DNA of 60,143 nucleotides, counting the filler, from Platydemus manokwari (Eukaryota): the NCBI GenBank assembly GCA_037951405.1. It is 5 parts of 5 records of this genome, joined end to end, with 100 filler letters (N's around TTAATTAATTAA, not from the genome) between each part and the next. Parts side by side here need not be neighbours in the genome. Positions count along the whole stretch, not along the records: positions 47,349 to 60,143 come from JBBMOY011963601.1; 4 more parts are not named here. One strand, 5' to 3'. Position 1 is the stretch's first letter. Each line of letters starts with the position of its first letter. A model generated the notes under the pieces. That model was not told the origin of the DNA. It was given only the letters and a program-made list of their open reading frames with translations, and did no database searches. Below are positions 54,701 through 60,143 of the stretch, piece by piece. The position numbers and the translations under genes were made by a program.

Positions 54701-57014
54701 ATATATATATATATATATATATTCATTTTCATTATTTCTTTCTGAAATTCATATTATTTGCAATACAAAATGATATATTTCTGGTTTATAAATGACATAA
54801 ATAATACCAAATCAAAACTATTAGAGCCAAACTAATACTTTGAGTTGACATTTTTAAAAAAATATCAATGAGTGCCATTCTTCTAATCTCAGGGCAATTA
54901 CTGAAACAGCTTAATCAGAAAATTACCGCAATAGTATAAAGCGTTCCACTTGTTGAATTCAACAAAACAGCTTCATTTTAATATGCTTATTTCAAATCAA
55001 AACAATGAGATTTTAGTTGTGGTGAATGAAGACCATAATCGATTTCATAAATATTCTTCAAATCAAAAAATGCTGCCACATCTTTCGATGAAAAAGTCAA
55101 AATTTTTCATGTCAATTTTAATTATATTATAAATGGATTAAATTCTTCAACGACATAATTATATGAGTTAACCATATGAGAGATGATTATTTTGTATCTA
55201 TCGATTTTTAAAATATCTTTTTGAGGGATTTATGTCAAATATTAAATAAATAATTGGTATCAAGTAAAACAACACATTTCCAACCTCAAGAATTATTAAT
55301 CAAATAAATAGTTTCTTAATTCTTATTATAATTATTAATATTATTATAAATATTAATTATTATGAATATTAATTATTATTATGAATATTATTATTACTAT
55401 AAATAATGATAATAATAATTATTATTAAAAACATGAAACCTGTATTTATATTACCAAAATTTTATTATTATTATAAATATTAATTATCATTATTATTATT
55501 AATATTATTATTACTATAAATAATAATTATTATCATTAAAAACATAAAACCTGTATTAATATGGCTCAAATCTGTGTCTACATCCAAGTAAACAATAGCC
55601 GATATTTCTCCTCTCAAACCATTGGAGGAATCAACATAATATTATTTATTTTAAAAATAAATTTCCACCACGTTTACTGTTTCATAAAACATAACAATGA
55701 TGATCAGAATGAAGCTAAATGGATCACGCGGATCACAAATTGAGCTCACATCACAACATTGACGATCTCATTAATAGTTTGGATTTTGAAAGATTTGTTG
55801 TAATTTTTAGTTAACAAATGATGATATTAAGGGGAAAACTTTCAAAATCGAAAGATAAAGATCGTTAAGAGCAGATATATAAGATCACAGATCAGTATTG
55901 AAAATTTCCACACCATAACAGATATCAAATTAATTTGTATTGACAATACTTTCTCACGGTCAACGAAGAGATTTTATTGGTTAATTATTAAGTAGTAAAT
56001 TTCATTTATTCCGATTTGCGTTCAATGGTGAATGCAATGATAACCAAATGAATTTGAGTTCACAGGTCAAGATGGTAGTTAAGAACTCCGCTCTTGCTTC
56101 ACCCTCGGCATTTTCCTCAATCATCAAAGCTTATTAACATTCTTTAGGAATTGTATTAACGACGAAAATCGATTAAATCATTACTATCAACGAAAATGGT
56201 TAAATGACGTCACGGGTTACATAATAATCAAATATTGGTGCAAGAAATCCAGGCATAGTTCAACAAGTTTTTACAAGGACAATTAGGTCTGTTTAATATT
56301 TCAAGCACAATGAAAAAAAAATAATAAAAATCAGCTAAAACAAATAAATATTTTGTTATTTAATTTGATTTATATAAAATAAAAAAAACATATTTATCAT
56401 AAAATTTTCAATGTAGCGAAAATTAATTATAACAAATTAAACTAGAATAAAATTCTAAAAAAAATATTTACACATTTATTAAACGATAATAATCAAATAA
56501 CCTTCATGATATAAAATAACTTTTCTTGAACAAATTCCGGAACGAAATATTTCGGATCAACAATTTTAACCAAATCACCAAGAAATTCTTTCGTTAAAAT
56601 AAAAGCACAAAATCGTGCATCGGTATTTTTAACAGCATAATCGACGAGTAATAAGCAATACCAAATCGACTGAAATCGATGAGCAGGTAAAGATTTATTT
56701 ATTATTTTGATAATTAACTTCGCCGCTAATTTCGATCTTAACAAATGGTAATGAAAAACAAATCATTCGCATTCTTTACATACGATTCTAAATTACGTAA
56801 AATTTCAGAACAGATTTTATTATTCGATTCCTCATCTTCTGCTGGTAGAAAATTGTCGGTGGAATTATCTAAAATAAGTTTATTAGAAATAAGTACAGTT
56901 TAAATACAAATATATTTATAAAATAATAGTTCAGTTTTGCTTACAAATTAAAGTATATAACGGATGTGACTTCTTCGATAATTTATTCATACCGAAAACA
57001 GAATGTTTATCCAT
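51741..57014 (-). CDS. TOM1/TOM1L-like VHS-GAT adaptor, multi-exon; 3' end unresolved
   Basis: ATG 57014 MDKHSVFG...HPLYTLI | STDNFLPAEDEESNNKICSEI | VHS core (CLLLVDYAVKNTDARFCAFILTKEFLGDLVKIVDPK...VQEKLF) | WISSL... | GAT-like KIIRDIDIIETNLTIFSDSIRTINP...EELKFLE. Confidence 0.75.
55320..55560 (+). repeat. (ATT)n-rich low-complexity tract with an internal duplication
   Basis: ATT/AAT reiteration; ...ATTAAAAACAT.AAACCTGTATT occurs twice. Confidence 0.8.
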
Positions 57015-57567
57015 TATATTTGAATTGATATCTGTTGACTTAAACCAGATAAACAAAACAAGAATTTAAGTATTACGGAAAAATAGCGATTTAATTACAA
57101 TAAAAGTTAAACAGAAGATTCTCCGATATTTATTATAATTTTATTAATAAAATAAAATTTAAAAATCTAATTTTAATTAAAAAATTACTTTTATTTCTAG
57201 TTTTTGAAAATAAAAGAAAATTTTTATTTGGATGACTAAATCAGTTCAATTTATTTTTCCAAAGAGCTTTCGAGAATAAGATTCTATAAATAATATTTTT
57301 ACTGAAAAGTTATGACGTTATAAAATTTGTAAATAATATTTGACTATTGACTTATTGTCACATTTTTAGTTATTTTATTTTATTTAAACTTCAGTACAAT
57401 AAGTACAGACAGTAAATAAAATATTCAATCAATTAAATTTAATCAGATAAATTCTCTGTGTAATAAATTTAATTACATTGAATAATTAAGTTTAGCTTGA
57501 AAACAAAAATGCATGGCATTAAATTATAATCCTAGAGAATTTCGATAAGTGATCAATCACTGTGAGA

Positions 57568-58040
57568 AAATCTTGCAAAAGGAAATCGGATTTGCACTTT
57601 GGAATAATTGTTTTAGCACTTTAAGCTTTCGTATGCCTCCACAACCATACATGTATTGAAATCAACTAACCATAGTTAGATGGGAAAAGATAGCTGGAAA
57701 AAGAGACAGCAACATCATACAAACATACATAGGGACTGACCAATTCCGCACATACAAAAATTAAAAGTCCAATAGAAACATTAGAAAGTGACGATCAAAT
57801 CAGTCGAGTATAAATGCCTATGTAAAAATAACCAACTGCCACTTGGAAGCCAGGGTTTGGTTGCATTTTTTGAGATGTTGTATTGAATTTCAGAGTCGTG
57901 CTGAGTTGTACGTGTGCCAGTTGAAAAGCCAAGTTTTGGATGTAGTTTTGTGTAACTTTATGAGTCATACTGATTAGTACGTGAGTTTTAAAAGCTTTCA
58001 ACTTTCGATTTTTGTAATTAGTAATTATTTGGTTATTCAG
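57568..58040. repeat. dispersed repeat copy 2 (same orientation)
   Basis: Same blocks as copy 1. Confidence 0.85.
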
Positions 58041-60143
58041 AAATTAACTCCAAAAGCTGTCTAAATAAGGTTGTAGTCACAGTAATTGCATGCACAATTG
58101 TTATATACGGGAATAGGACACGATTTAGAAATTTTTATTACAAATTATAAATATACAATTTGAATAGTTTTATACGGTTATTGCGCAATTTTAGCATATC
58201 TTACCATTTTTAGTTTTAGTGTCTATTTTTAGAAACTAATGTTGTTATCTCTGTTTTCCTTACATCGTAAGTTCTATTTTTAGATTTCAATGCGGTTTTT
58301 CCTGATGACCTTAGTGGCGATTAGTTTTGGTGCAGTAAAACAAATTTAAAATTTTTATGGATATTTATGTCTTTTTTTAATTAAAATGTATATATTATTA
58401 TTTCTATTTATTTTACACTTTAGTTGAATCAAAATGGCCAGGTTAGTTCCTCACAGTATCTTTCACAAGAAATTTGATAAATAGTGTTGAATAAGTTATT
58501 GGTTTGATTAGATTTTTGGTTCCCAGGGCTTCAGTAATCGGTATGAGGACCAAATTACTGGGAATTTAATTAATTGCTCTAAAGGTCTTGCTAGCAGAAA
58601 AACAGGTGTTGCGTCTAATTTGAGCTGTGCTCCGTGTCCTGCAATCAAATTCTCCTTCCGGCGAATTCTTCTTTTCAAAGATGAGAATGTCGTTATGCTA
58701 TGCGTTTCTGTCACGACGAATTTTTCTTCGCCTAACTGCTTCCACTTGATAATTGATAACTGGCACTAAAGTGTGTAGTGAGGGTAATTCCACGTATTGA
58801 GAATCCGAAACGCTTAATGTCTGTGATTGAAGTGATAAGTGCAGCAGTTAGTATTATTGTGTTTATTTTCACTCACCGAGGTTGACCTTATGTTTGATTA
58901 TGACTGCACTTAAATAATTCTTAATTTAACTGAAACATATTTTTCGAACGAATTTTCTCACCATAATCTATTATAATAATTACCATTCTTTGTTGTACTA
59001 ATATTACCTATTATCATTTATTATTTATAATTTTATAATTATTCCATCTTAATTGTTTATATTAACGAATCATCTCTAAATATTAATAATTTTTATTTAG
59101 TTATCTCTTCTCATTCAATTGGTTTTTATTAATTAATCATTTCTTAATATTCCAAGTGTCGACACCTCTCCTCCACTCTGCTTTTTACACACATTATAAA
59201 AATAAAATGAAATAGCCACAAGATATAATGATTACATTAATAAAGCGTTTGATACATTGATTCAACATAGAACCATATTGATAAAGCACAATATTGTACT
59301 ACAAAATGTCAACTGTAAAAAGATTGTCCCAGAATACACAGAAAGTAATGAGTCTTTTAATTTTCAATGTCATTGATGCTGTTTGATTTGTCTTCATACT
59401 TCTCTTTCTCCGATCAGCAATGTCACTCCAGCAGGCTTAGGTTTTCTATAATAAAGGTGTTATATTCTGTGTCTGTATTGTATTTATATATTATGCACTA
59501 GGTTTGATATTTATACACTGGTTTATATACTGGGTTTGTTAGAAGTTAGGTTTGATGAGCGGGTGCTCATGCTCTCAACAATAGGAAGAATGTGGCGATA
59601 TAGATATTTTATATGGGATTTTACACAACTTATCTTACTTTACTTTTGATCGTCGGCAATGAGAGTATTTCAATTCTCTTCCTATATAAAACTGCTTGGC
59701 TTGAAGAGTTGGTTCTGCTCGGGAAAAATGAATGAATGTTCTATGTCCTATCTTTTGTTTTGATAATAAGGCAATATACTGAGTTGCCGAGTTAATGAAA
59801 AATAATGATATCCAATTAAAAATGCGGGCTTTACTTCCATTTTATTGTTGTTGATTTTGTTACTAAAATGGAATTTTTTTAAATCGGTTGTTGTTCTGGG
59901 AGTTTAATTATTCTCGGGATAATGGGTTTGATTTTATTCACTGTTATTGTGAGGTTTAAAATTAACATTACGATTAATTATTAAAAAAAATTTTAATTGA
60001 TTACATTAAAAATATTTAATATTTGTATTTATCTTGCTCAAACCATTACTGTAACCTCTCAAAATTTTTTAAAACATAATTTATAAAATTTAAAATAAAA
60101 ATGTGTTAAAAAATAATTTTTAAATTGATGGTAATTTGAATTT

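Noticed and set aside
58300-58330. CTGATGACCTTAGTGGCGA hammerhead-like motif
   Set aside because: No GAAA box and no stems I or III.
58500-59900. GC-richer minus-strand ORF fragments
   Set aside because: Probably decayed retroelement DNA, but no diagnostic motif could be read.
1-60143. Prokaryotic systems (CRISPR arrays, operons, rRNA or tRNA genes)
   Set aside because: The sequence is intron-containing eukaryotic DNA; I saw no repeat-spacer array or intact structural RNA.

Overview
Very AT-rich eukaryotic (animal) genomic DNA with short GT-AG introns. Composition, intron sizes and gene content fit a flatworm such as a planarian (inference only). The window is not one contig: four artificial N-TTAATTAATTAA-N linkers (~9.8, 20.9, 30.2 and 47.3 kb) and one plain N gap break it up. 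Genes rebuilt by hand from exons: TUG/ASPSCR1-like (-), head-to-head with mitochondrial arginyl-tRNA synthetase RARS2 (+); two tandem DEG/ENaC channels (-); the 5' part of ABCF1 (+); intronless Bud32/TP53RK (-); a small secreted Cys-rich TNFR-CRD-like microprotein (+); an atypical HP1-like chromo/chromoshadow protein (-); and a TOM1-like VHS-GAT gene (-). Mobile DNA: two decayed head-to-tail Ty3/Gypsy elements, hAT MITEs, Penelope-like remnants and a tRNA-SINE-like relic with hammerhead-like cores. The most unusual items are the HP1 with a ~570-aa N/Q/P-rich tail after the chromoshadow domain and a probable second chromodomain, a Gypsy element with tiny terminal repeats that overlap the gag start, an ENaC paralog lacking the HG and GxS motifs, and the unannotated secreted CRD peptide.
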